Positions 49,232 through 58,288 of a stretch of DNA of 64,000 bases are shown here, piece by piece (positions within the stretch are counted from its first letter, which is position 1; the number at the start of each line of letters is the position of its first letter). The position numbers and the translations under genes were made by a program. A model generated the notes under the pieces. It did not search any database. It was not told where the DNA came from and saw only the letters and a program-made list of their open reading frames with translations. Source of the stretch: an uncultured Candidatus Rokubacteria bacterium (lineage in GTDB: Bacteria > Methylomirabilota > Methylomirabilia > Rokubacteriales > CSP1-6); the NCBI GenBank assembly GCA_963747235.1, contig CAVVEU010000008.1, positions 707,433 through 771,432 on the forward strand, in the 5' to 3' direction.

Positions 49232-49879
49232 CTATTTCGCGGCCGGAGCGAGCGCGGCGATGCGGCCCCGGATATCCTCGGCGCGCCGCGTCTCGGGCGC
49301 ATCCTTGAGCAGGCGCTCGTACGTCGCCCGCGCCTCGGTGGGCTTGCCCGCCAGCGCCTGCGCGCGCGCCAGATCGAGGAGCGCCTCCTCGAAGAAGAAC
49401 TGCTTGGGCCCGAGCCCGCGCGCGGCCGCGTCGTACGCGGTCATCGCGCTCGCGTAGTTCTTCTGGGCCTCCCAGGTATAGCCGACGCCCGAGGCGCTCA
49501 GCGTGCGCAGGCTCCCGCCGGCTCCCTTGGCCAGCGCGACTTCGTAGGCGGCCCGCGCCGCCGCGTAGTCGCCGGCCTGGTACTGGAGATTGCCGAGCTG
49601 GTAGGCGGCCTGGGCGGCCGCAGCCGACCGGCCGTGCTGGGTCAGGATGGCCTGGAGCATGCCGATGGCCTTCTGCCGCCCCTCGGCAGTCGCCAGGGGC
49701 CCCTCGCCTTGCTGGACCGCTTCGGCGGCGCCGGCCAGCGCCGCCTGGCCGCGGGCCTCCTCGGCGCGCAGCCAGAGCCAGCCCGCCGTGCCCACGAGGC
49801 CCAGCGCTACCACCACGCCCGCGATCTTGAGCCCGAGGCGCGCGCCGCGGGACTGGAGGAACTCGGCCAGGTCGATCAC
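49232..49879 (-). CDS. Membrane-anchored TPR protein (YfgM-like)
   Basis: N-terminal TM helix, then AAYQLGNLQY...AAYE and ALLDLARAQ...YERL TPR repeats. Confidence 0.8.
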   Translation of the reverse strand: MIDLAEFLQSRGARLGLKIAGVVVALGLVGTAGWLWLRAEEARGQAALAGAAEAVQQGEGPLATAEGRQKAIGMLQAILTQHGRSAAAAQAAYQLGNLQYQAGDYAAARAAYEVALAKGAGGSLRTLSASGVGYTWEAQKNYASAMTAYDAAARGLGPKQFFFEEALLDLARAQALAGKPTEARATYERLLKDAPETRRAEDIRGRIAALAPAAK

Positions 49880-50582
49880 CGGCGGCGCTCCTCGGCGGGG
49901 TCGGCCGTATCGGGCCGCTCGATCCAGATCTCGCCCTTGACCGCGGCGCCGTCGGCGGCGGAGAAGCTGCCGGTCTTGAGCGTGCCGGTCAGCACCCCGG
50001 TCGGCAGGATCTCCACGCGGGTCGCGGCCGAGAGATTGCCGCGCACGGTGCCGCCGACCACGATGGCGCGGGCATTGATGTTGGCGTCCACGTCGGCCCC
50101 TTCGCCCACCAGCACCCGGCCCGTCACGTTGATGTCTCCCTCGAAGCGTCCCGCGATGTGGAAGTCGCCTTCGCCCGACACCTCGCCCTTGAGGGTCAGT
50201 CCGGCGCCGAGGCCGGCGGGCTCGCTGCGGGCCTCGCGGTGGGCGGCCAGATCGGCGGCCAGCGACTCCGAGTCGCCGCCGCCCAGGCCCAGATACCGGA
50301 GAGTGCGGCCCAGCGCGCCCACGCGCTCCGTCTCTACGCGCTCGGGGTCGGCCGCCGGGAGCCGGCCCGGGCGGCCTCCTCGCGACGCAGGCCGAGACCC
50401 CCGCCCACGAGCAGGAGGCAGGAGCCGATCAGCACGAGTGACGCCAGGCGGCCCGGCGGGACGATGGGATGCTCGACGAACCCGATCGTGACCTCGACAG
50501 GCAGGCTGACCAGCGCCAGCACCGCGATGAGGCCGGTGACCGCGCTCGCCCGCCATCTCAGCATCCGCTGGACCCGTCGCAT
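49876..50582 (-). CDS. Bactofilin (polymer-forming cytoskeletal) protein, probably with a 2-TM N-terminus (frameshift near 50365)
   Basis: LGAGLTLKGEVSGEGDFHIAGRFEGDI...VGGTVRGNL...GAAVKG beta-helix; hydrophobic ORF from ATG 50582 in another frame. Confidence 0.8.
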
Positions 50583-50676
50583 GGCGCGTAGTGTAGCCAC
50601 CGAGATACCGGATAGCAACCAGAAGAGGCTCCGAGGGCTTGACGGAGGCCGGGCGCGGGACTACTCTCCAGCCTCT

Positions 50677-50835
50677 ATGCCTGAAAGTTCCATGCCTGAA
50701 AGCGGCCGGCGCGCCCGCCTCCTGCACGTGGCCATCTGGCTGGCCACGCTGTTCTTCACCGCGATGCTCTTCGTCCCGCTGCTGCGCGAGGCGCTGCGCC
50801 GCGTGAGCGACCTGCCGTCCGGCGGTCATTTCTGA
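50677..50835 (+). CDS. Small single-TM protein (52 aa; alternative start 50692)
   Basis: TTGACG-N17-TACTCT promoter at 50639-50667; hydrophobic core; stop overlaps the next ATG. Confidence 0.55.
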   Translation: MPESSMPESGRRARLLHVAIWLATLFFTAMLFVPLLREALRRVSDLPSGGHF

Positions 50836-51221
50836 TGAGTGGTCCGAGGGCCCGGCTCCTGGTCGGGATGGACGACGAGCACGCCCGCGGGCGGCTGGTG
50901 GCGGTGCTCCGCGCCGACGGCTACACGGTGGACGCGGCCGCGACCCGCGCGGAAGGGCTGAGCCTGATCGACCGGCACGCCTACGCGCTGGTGGTGAGCG
51001 CGCTCCGCATGCCCGGGCTCGACGGGCCGGCGTTGTCGCGCGCGCTGGAGACGCGGTGGCCGCTCGAGATGCCCGCGCAGATCTTCGTGATGCAGCCGGC
51101 CTTCGCGCCCGACCTCGCCCGCTTCCTGATGGAGTCGGCGGCGCCGCTGCTGCCGTGGCCGGCCCGCCCGGCCGACATCAGCCGGATCGTCGCCCGCTCG
51201 CTCGCCCCCACGCCCGCCTGA
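50835..51221 (+). CDS. Stand-alone receiver-like domain (atypical)
   Basis: DD...GYTV...LRMPGLDG receiver pattern; phospho-Asp replaced by Ala. Confidence 0.75.
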   Translation: MSGPRARLLVGMDDEHARGRLVAVLRADGYTVDAAATRAEGLSLIDRHAYALVVSALRMPGLDGPALSRALETRWPLEMPAQIFVMQPAFAPDLARFLMESAAPLLPWPARPADISRIVARSLAPTPA

Positions 51222-51227
51222 GCGGGA

Positions 51228-51443
51228 CTAACCGGTCGGCTTGTCGGGAATGCGGCCCTTGGGCTGCGTGGCCTGCCCGTCGCGCCGCCGGGTGAGCTCG
51301 AAGGCCATGAGCCCCACCGTGACCACGAGGATGATCCAGCCCGCCATGTCGAGGTTGACGATGAGCCATCCCACGAGGCTGAGCGCGGCGAGGAGCCACA
51401 CGGTGGCGACGGAGCGGGAACTGAGCCAGTGCATCGGGGCCAA
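51228..51443 (-). CDS. Small 2-TM membrane protein
   Basis: Two hydrophobic segments and a basic tail. Confidence 0.55.
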   Translation of the reverse strand: MAPMHWLSSRSVATVWLLAALSLVGWLIVNLDMAGWIILVVTVGLMAFELTRRRDGQATQPKGRIPDKPTG

Positions 51444-51490
51444 TTATCCGGGCGGCGGGCGCGCAAGTCAAATGCGCGAGCCGCGCGCGC

Positions 51491-52331
51491 TCAGAGCCGG
51501 CGGAGAAAGCTCTCCGGATCGTCGAGGAACGCGCGGGTGATGCGCACGTGCTCGACGTCGGGGTACGCCACGGGCGCGATCGTGCCGTTCTCGAGCAGCC
51601 GGATGTCGGCCTGCGGCAGCGCCATGAGGATCGGCGAATGCGTGGCGATGACGAACTGGCAATCCTCGGCCACCCGATCGCGCAGGAGGGCGAGAAGCGC
51701 GAGCACGCGCGTGGGCGACAGCGGCGTCTCGGGCTCGTCGAGGAAGTAGAGCCCGCGCGGCACCAGCCGCTGCTGGAGCAGGTGGAGAAACGTCTCGCCG
51801 TGGGAGCGCGCGTCCGGCGCCGCACCGTAGCGGCGGGTCAGCGCGGCCCGCTCCTTGGCCGCCGCGCCCATCGCGAGGCGCTGGCCCCACGAGCCCTCGG
51901 GCCGGGAGGCGCGCAGCTCGTCCTCCATCGCGCGCAGGCCCTCGATCTCGCCGCCCACCCGCAGGGTGAAGCCGAAGACGTCCTCCGCGCGGATGAAGAG
52001 CGTGGCGCGCGGATGGCGGACGCGCGGGAAGCGGAAGGCCCGGGCGAAGGCCCGGGCGCCGGCGAGGGTCGGATCACGGTCCAGATCCCGGCCGCCCGCC
52101 GCCACCGCGCCGGCGCCCGCGGCCAGGCCTTCCAGCAGGGTGGACTTGCCGCAGCCGTTCTCCCCCACCAGGAAGGTGACGGGCGCGCGGAAGCTCGAGG
52201 CGCTCGAGGTCGCGGAAGAGCGGCAGCGTGAACGGAAACGGCGCGGGCTCCGGCACGGCGCCGGCGCGGCGGATGCCGGTCAGGAAGAGCCCGGCCCGCC
52301 CCGCCGCCTTGCGGGAGCCCGCCCGCTTCAC
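51491..52331 (-). CDS. Stand-alone ABC/AAA ATPase (COG3910-like; +1 frameshift near 52188)
   Basis: FPFTLP, GENGCGKSTLLE, RSHGE, YFLDEPETPLSP, IATHSPIL. Confidence 0.88.
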
Positions 52332-52340
52332 GCGGATCGG

Positions 52341-53312
52341 CTAGCGCAGCTCCGGGATCACCCAGAGCGGCCGCTCGCCGCGGGCCACGCGCTGCACGTT
52401 GTCGAAGGCGTTCCGGAAGGCCTTGAACCAGTTGTCCCAGGTGGGGCCCGCGGTGTGCGGGGTGAACGTCACGTTCTCGAGCGCGAACAGCGGATGGTTC
52501 GCGATCGGCGGCTCCTCCACCATGACGTCGAGGCCCGCGGCCGCGATGACCTTGGTGGTGAGCGCGGTGTGGAGCGCGGTCTCGTCCACCACCGGGCCCC
52601 GGCAGGTATTGATCAGCACCGCGGAGGGCCGCATCATGCCCATCTCGCGCGCGCCGAACATGTTGCGGGTGACCGTGTTGAGCGGCACGTGGAGCGAGAC
52701 GATGTCCGCGGTGCGCAGCAGCTCGGGCAGGAGCATGAACCGGACGCCGAGGGCGTCCTCCGCGTCCTCGACCAGGCGCGCGATGTCGTAGTAGACGATC
52801 TTCATGTCGAAGGCGGCGGCCCGGCGCGCAACCTTCTTGCCGATGGTGCCGAGGCCCACGATGCCGAGGGTCTTGCCCTCGAGCTCGTAGGTCCGGTTCG
52901 AGGCGAAGTCCCCCACCCGCCACTTGCCGGTGATCACGTTGCCGTGGTGCCAGGAGAGCTTGCGGTAGACCGCGAGCATCAGCATCAGGGTGTGCTCGGC
53001 CACCGCCACCGAGTTGGAGCCGCCGTTGTTGGCCACCGGCACGCCCGCCCGCTTGGCCGCCGCCACGTCGAGGCGGTCGTAGCCGGCGCTGATGAGCTGC
53101 ACCAGCTTGAGGCCGGAGGCCGCCTTGAAGAACTCGCTGTTCAGCTCGGGGCGCGGGAAGCCCACGTAGTACGCGGCATCCGCGAGCGCGGCGGTGAACT
53201 CGGGGGTGCCCGCGTCCACGACGACCATCTCGTAGCCGGCGGGCACGAAGCTCCGGGCGATGTCGAGCATCGCGGCGGGGAACTTGGGGGAGACGATGAT
53301 CTTGGTGGCCAC
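52341..53312 (-). CDS. D-isomer 2-hydroxyacid dehydrogenase family
   Basis: SAGYD, GIVGLGTIG, HVPL, INTCRGPVVDE, AGLDV..EP, TPHTAG; SD AAAGGAGG and TATACT upstream. Confidence 0.93.
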   Translation of the reverse strand: MATKIIVSPKFPAAMLDIARSFVPAGYEMVVVDAGTPEFTAALADAAYYVGFPRPELNSEFFKAASGLKLVQLISAGYDRLDVAAAKRAGVPVANNGGSNSVAVAEHTLMLMLAVYRKLSWHHGNVITGKWRVGDFASNRTYELEGKTLGIVGLGTIGKKVARRAAAFDMKIVYYDIARLVEDAEDALGVRFMLLPELLRTADIVSLHVPLNTVTRNMFGAREMGMMRPSAVLINTCRGPVVDETALHTALTTKVIAAAGLDVMVEEPPIANHPLFALENVTFTPHTAGPTWDNWFKAFRNAFDNVQRVARGERPLWVIPELR

Positions 53313-53526
53313 GGAAGCCTCCTTTGGCTAGGGGGTGAGCGGAGCGGTCACGCGCGTCAGTATACGGCCTGGGCGCTCGCCGCGGTGGCGTGCGCAGGGC
53401 CGGCATCTCTTGCGCGGGGCCGGTGGCCTCCAGGCTGGGTACTCCCCTTCCCAGCCTCGCACCGCGCTTTCTCTGCCGTCTGAGAGGATCCTGTACAAGG
53501 TCATGGAATCATGCCTATTTTCCTGA

Positions 53527-53542
53527 TGGTCCGGCCCTTGCT
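53527..53542 (+). promoter_or_regulatory. Candidate sigma54 promoter TGGTCCGGCCCTTGCT
   Basis: GG-N10-GC with TTGCT -12, ending 36 nt before ATG 53579, within a ~265-bp intergenic region. Confidence 0.5.
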
Positions 53543-53578
53543 CTCCCTGAGGGTACCAACGACAGGGGGACGATACCG

Positions 53579-53821
53579 ATGAAGCGCTACATGCTGACCC
53601 TGGCCTGGATCCTCTGGGCCCATGAGACCGCGCAGGTGGGCGAGCAGCTCGTCGACCGCGGCTACACCGCGATCGACTCGTTCGAGACGCGCCAGCTCTG
53701 CCACGCCGCCATGACCGACTACTCGGGGCTCAAGCTGGTCCGGCAGGGCAAGATCCGCGTGGACTTCAGCTGCCTGCCGGAGCAGACCAGCCCGAAGCAG
53801 CCGCGGTCGGCCCTCGGCTAG
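53579..53821 (+). CDS. Small hypothetical protein (AWILW...C...CLP)
   Basis: SD-like AGGGGGA; coding-like codon use; two Cys. Confidence 0.65.
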   Translation: MKRYMLTLAWILWAHETAQVGEQLVDRGYTAIDSFETRQLCHAAMTDYSGLKLVRQGKIRVDFSCLPEQTSPKQPRSALG

Positions 53822-53852
53822 CGCCGGCCGGGCACGTCCCGCGCGATCGCGC

Positions 53853-55085
53853 TCAGGCTCCGTTGCGGTGCACCGGCGGGGCCGGCTGGTTGATGCCCAC
53901 CGGGGCATTGGCCTCGAACGGGCTCCAGAGCCCGAGCTCCTTGCCCATCTCGCGCACCGCCGGGAGCACTTCCTGCCCGAGTAGCCGGATGCAGTTGGTG
54001 GCGTCCGGGTTGCTCACGAAGCCGTCGCTCGCCCACAGTCCCAGGATGGACGGCCGCGTCTCTTCGAGGAGGCGCCGGAACTTCGGGAGCACCGTCTTCG
54101 GCGTGCCCGCGATGATCTGCTGATCGCGGATCTGGTCCTCGAAGCTGGCGGCCCGGGGGTTCGACCCGCGCCCCACCGCGTACTCCACGAAGGCCTTGCG
54201 ATAGGACGGCGAGAAATAGCCCGACGGGCTCGACCACACCGGGTGCGCCAGGCCCGTGAACTCGCCCTGCATCCACATGAACTGCCGCGCGTTGGCGAGC
54301 GCCTTCTCCTCGGTGTCGGCCACGTGCACGCGCTGGAGATACCCGCGGTTCTCCGGCCCGCTGGTGTAGCCGGCCTCGGCGGCGACCGAGTCGTAGAGCT
54401 CCCAGATCTTCTTGGTCGCCTCGATCGCGGTGCTGAGCGCGATGTAGGGATAGCGCTGGCGCGCGGCCCAGATGATCGTCTCCTTGCTGAGGACGCCGGG
54501 AATCCAGATGCGCGGGTGCGGCTTCTGCAGCGGCACCGCCCACGGGTTCACCACGCGGTGCTGGTAGTGGGTGCCCTCGAAGCGGAACGGGCCCTCCTGC
54601 GTCCACGCCCGCACGATCAGCTCGTGGGCCTCCTCGAAGCGCTCGCGATTGAAGGCGGGGTTCACCCCGGTGGCGAGCTGCTCCTGCCCGCCCCCGCGCA
54701 CGAAGCCCGAGACGAGCCGCCCGCGCGAGACCATGTCGATCATCGCCAGCTCTTCGGCGAGACGCACCGGGTTGTCGGCGAGCGGCAGCGGATTGCCGAG
54801 CAGCACGATCTTCACGCGCTTGGTCATCGCGGCCAGGATCGAGGCGAAGACGTTGCACTTGGCCTGCATGCAGAACGGCGCGTTGTGGTGCTCGTTCAGC
54901 ATGATGCCGTCGAAGCCCACTTCCTCGGCCAGGCGGTAGTGCTCGAGGTACTCGTTGTAGAGCCGGCTGCCCGCCACCGGGTCGAAGTGGCGGTTCGAGA
55001 ACATCAGCGCGGTGGCGCCCCGCTTGCGCCCCTCGTCCGCCGGGTACGCCGACATCGGCTGTTCCGTGAAGTACATGAGGTGCAT
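53853..55085 (-). CDS. LLM-class (luciferase-like) flavin-dependent oxidoreductase
   Basis: AEEVGFDGIMLNEHH, NPVRLAEELAMIDMVSRGRL, PLQKPHPRIW, LGQEVLP. Confidence 0.92.
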   Translation of the reverse strand: MHLMYFTEQPMSAYPADEGRKRGATALMFSNRHFDPVAGSRLYNEYLEHYRLAEEVGFDGIMLNEHHNAPFCMQAKCNVFASILAAMTKRVKIVLLGNPLPLADNPVRLAEELAMIDMVSRGRLVSGFVRGGGQEQLATGVNPAFNRERFEEAHELIVRAWTQEGPFRFEGTHYQHRVVNPWAVPLQKPHPRIWIPGVLSKETIIWAARQRYPYIALSTAIEATKKIWELYDSVAAEAGYTSGPENRGYLQRVHVADTEEKALANARQFMWMQGEFTGLAHPVWSSPSGYFSPSYRKAFVEYAVGRGSNPRAASFEDQIRDQQIIAGTPKTVLPKFRRLLEETRPSILGLWASDGFVSNPDATNCIRLLGQEVLPAVREMGKELGLWSPFEANAPVGINQPAPPVHRNGA

Positions 55086-55098
55086 GGGGGTCTCCCGA

Positions 55099-55896
55099 TC
55101 AGGCCTGGGCGGCGAACGGCACGATGAGCTTCGCGAGCGCTTCGGGCTGCTCCATCTCGAGGAAGTGGCCGGCGCCGTCCACCACGCTGAGCCGGCTCTT
55201 GGGCAGCGCGTGGGCGAACTGATCACCCACCCCGACCGGCACGATCCGGTCCTGCCGCCCCCAGACGATCAGGGCGTCCGTCTGCACGCCGCCCAGCAAG
55301 GGCGGCAGCGTCGGGTTGTACATGTAGGGCTTCCACGCGATGCGGAACGTCATCTCGCGGTTGAGATCCCACTGCTCGAGCTGCGGCGTGGACGGGTCGG
55401 GCGTGAAGAGCCGCTCGAAGGCCTTCTGGTCCTCGAAGCCCGCGCGCACGTAGTCGATGTAGCTGACGAGGGCCTGGTCGAGGATCTCGCCCTCCGCGGG
55501 CTTGATGCCCATCGCGCCGACGAGCACCAGCTTGCGGAAGGCGCGCGGCGACATGGTGGCCATCTCGGCCGCGATCCAGCCGCCGAAGCCGAGCCCGACC
55601 AGCGCCACGTCGGCCAGGCCGCGCTGGGCGAGCAGGGCCTGGTAGGTCACCGCGACGTCCCGCACGCTCCGCATGAAGGCGGGGCGCTCGGAGCCGTCGT
55701 AGCCCGGATGCGAGGGCAGCAGCAGCGTGAAGCGGTCGGCCAGCGCCTCGTAGAACGGGAGCTGCTCGGGCGTGCCGATATCGTGATGCAGGACGAGCAG
55801 CGGGGCGCCACGGCCGACGGTACGTAGTCTTACGGAGGAGCCGGCAACCCGGACCTCCTCGGTGGTCCACGCGAGCGCAGAGGTCGTCGGGGTCAT
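55099..55896 (-). CDS. Alpha/beta-hydrolase-fold protein lacking the nucleophilic Ser
   Basis: HPGY..S, VGLGFGGWIAAE elbow, WGRQDRIVP, AGHF...EQP. Confidence 0.85.
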   Translation of the reverse strand: MTPTTSALAWTTEEVRVAGSSVRLRTVGRGAPLLVLHHDIGTPEQLPFYEALADRFTLLLPSHPGYDGSERPAFMRSVRDVAVTYQALLAQRGLADVALVGLGFGGWIAAEMATMSPRAFRKLVLVGAMGIKPAEGEILDQALVSYIDYVRAGFEDQKAFERLFTPDPSTPQLEQWDLNREMTFRIAWKPYMYNPTLPPLLGGVQTDALIVWGRQDRIVPVGVGDQFAHALPKSRLSVVDGAGHFLEMEQPEALAKLIVPFAAQA

Positions 55897-55909
55897 GGCA
55901 GCGACGCTA

Positions 55910-56310
55910 TCAAATCGGCTTCCGCCCCGCAAGCCGCGCGCCCAGATCGATGGCGAGCGCGAGGGTCAGCGCGGCGGCGCCCACCGCGAACAGCGTCGTG
56001 TAGTGGCCGCCGCGCGCGAAGAGAAACGACAGGCCGTAGGCGCCCGCCGCCTGCCCCAGGGCGAACGCCATCGTGGTCACGCTCCACGCGGCGCGCTGTC
56101 GCTCGGCGTCGTCCGGGACCAGCTCCTGCACGCGCCCGAGGACGAGCGGCACGATGCCGGGGACGGCGAGGCGGGGAACCAGCCCTCGGTGATCAACACC
56201 GGAAGCAGCGGGGTGTACGCGAAGCGCGCGAGGCCGATGCCGACCAGGCTCGCGCAGAGCCCGGCGAGCGTGACGCGCCAGGCGCGGGCGTGCGGGCCCG
56301 GGCCGCTCAC
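55910..56310 (-). pseudogene. YbfB/YjiJ-family MFS transporter remnant with large internal deletion
   Basis: N-terminal GIGLARFAYTPLLP joined out of frame to C-terminal FALGQAAG...; about 400 bp versus about 1.2 kb expected. Confidence 0.75.
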
Positions 56311-56325
56311 CGCGGTCCTCCGCGG

Positions 56326-57180
56326 TCAGCGGGGATGAAACGCGGGCGGCGGCACCGCGTCGCGCAGCCAGCGCTGGCCGTCGTAGAGCGTGAACGGGGG
56401 CCGCTCGTCGCCGATGACGCTCACGTGACTGACGAGGCCCTCGTCCGGGCCGAGCCAGAGGTGCAGCATGCAGGCCGGCGGCTCCATCACCACCGCCAGG
56501 CGCGGCTCCGACGCCAGGTCGAGCGCGAGCTGATGCGCGGTCGCGGGACACGTGGTGGCCACCGTGCCGCCGAACCGCCGCGTCATCGGACGATGCACGT
56601 GCCCGCACAGCACCTGCTCTACGTTCGGATGGCGCCCGATCACCGCGGCCAGCTCCGCCTTGCCCTCGAGGCCCATCGCGTCCATCGCGCGCATGCCGGT
56701 CACGAACGGCGGGTGATGCATGAAGACCACCGTCGGCCGCTCCCTCCCCTCGCCGAGGCGCGCGTCGAGCCAGGCGAGCCGCTCGGCGCACAGATGGCCG
56801 CCGGGCGCGCCGGGCACGTGCGTGTCGAGCCCGATGAGGCGCACCGGCCAGTCCTCGACCGTGTAGTGCAGGAAGCCGCCGTCCCGCGGCAGGTAGCCCC
56901 GGTCGCCGAAGGCGTGGACCAGAGGGCCGCGCGCGTCGTGATTGCCCGGGATCACGTAGAGCGGCATCGCGAGGCCGTCCAGGATCGCGCGCAGCCGCGC
57001 GTACTCGTCCGGCTCGCCGCGCTCGACGAGATCGCCGGTCGCCAGGACCACGTCGGGCCGCGGCGTGAGCCCGTTCAGGTGGGCCACCGCGCGCGCGAGA
57101 TGCTCCGCGGTGCGGAAGTGCCGATCGTTCACGCTGCCCGGCGTGCTGATGTGCAGATCGGTGATCTGGGCGATGAGCAT
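56326..57180 (-). CDS. CpdA/Icc-like metallophosphoesterase
   Basis: ITDLH, TGDL, PGNHD, MHHPP, CGHVH. Confidence 0.92.
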   Translation of the reverse strand: MLIAQITDLHISTPGSVNDRHFRTAEHLARAVAHLNGLTPRPDVVLATGDLVERGEPDEYARLRAILDGLAMPLYVIPGNHDARGPLVHAFGDRGYLPRDGGFLHYTVEDWPVRLIGLDTHVPGAPGGHLCAERLAWLDARLGEGRERPTVVFMHHPPFVTGMRAMDAMGLEGKAELAAVIGRHPNVEQVLCGHVHRPMTRRFGGTVATTCPATAHQLALDLASEPRLAVVMEPPACMLHLWLGPDEGLVSHVSVIGDERPPFTLYDGQRWLRDAVPPPAFHPR

Positions 57181-57288
57181 GGCCCGATCATACCCTGGCC
57201 GGGCGCCCTTGACTCGCCCGGCCCTTTCTCCCATAGTTTGACGCGACACGACCGATTCCATCGACGTGCATCCACCAGGAGGCGAGCC

Positions 57289-58273
57289 ATGGCGGGGACG
57301 AACGCGCTGACGTACCAGGTCGTCGAGGGCTGGGAGCAGCTCCCCAAGGGCTACGAGCACCGCGACGTGGCGGGCGTGGCGGTGGATGCCGAGGATCGCG
57401 TCTTCCTCATCTGCCGGGGCGATCACCCGATCATGGTCTACGACCCCAAGGGCAAGTTCCTCTCCTCGTGGGGCGAGGGCCAGTTCACCTATCGCACCCA
57501 CGGCATCACGATCGGCCCGGACGGCAGCGTCTACTGCACCGACGACGGCAACCACACCGTGCGGAAGTTCACCCCGCAGGGCAAGCTGCTGCTCACGCTC
57601 GGCACCATGGACCGAGCGTCCGACACCGGCTACGACGGCAAGGACACCATGACGGTGTCGCACCCCGGCGGGGCGTTCAACCGGCCGACGAACCTGGCGG
57701 TGGGTCCGAAGGGCGATCTCTACGTCTCCGACGGCTACGGCAACTGCCGCGTGCACCAGTTCTCGCCGAGCGGCGAGCTCAAGCGCTCGTGGGGCGTGCC
57801 CGGCAAGGGCCCCGGCCAGTTCATCCTCCCCCACGGCATCGCGGCCGCCGCGGACGGGCGCATCTTCGTCTGCGACCGGGAGAACGACCGCATCCAGATC
57901 TTCAGCCCCGACGGCGAGTACCTCTCGGAGTGGACCGACACCCAGCGGCCGACGCACCTCGTGTTCGATCCGCAGGGCCGCGCCTACGTCTCCGAGCTCT
58001 GGTGGCACAAGGGCCACACCTCGCAGCGCCACGGCCCGATCACCGAGGCCCGCTACGGGCGCGTGAGCGTGTTCGATCGCGACGGCAAGCATGCTCACGC
58101 GGTGGGGCACACCGAACGCGGCGGCGGCCGGCAGCTTCGCGGCGCCCCACGGTATCGCGGTGGACTCGAGCCGCAACATCTTCGTGGCCGAGGTCACCTG
58201 GACCTTCGCGGTGAGCCGCGGGCTCGTCGAGAACGGCTGCCACACCTTCCAGAAGTTCTCGCTCACCGCCTGA
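57289..58273 (+). CDS. NHL-repeat (PAL-like) beta-propeller protein (+1 frameshift near 58090)
   Basis: HGITI, FNRPT, YVSDGYGNCRV, PHGI, DRENDRIQIF; TTGACT-N17-CATAGT promoter at 57209-57237. Confidence 0.88.
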
Positions 58274-58288
58274 GGAGGCTCTCGTCCG

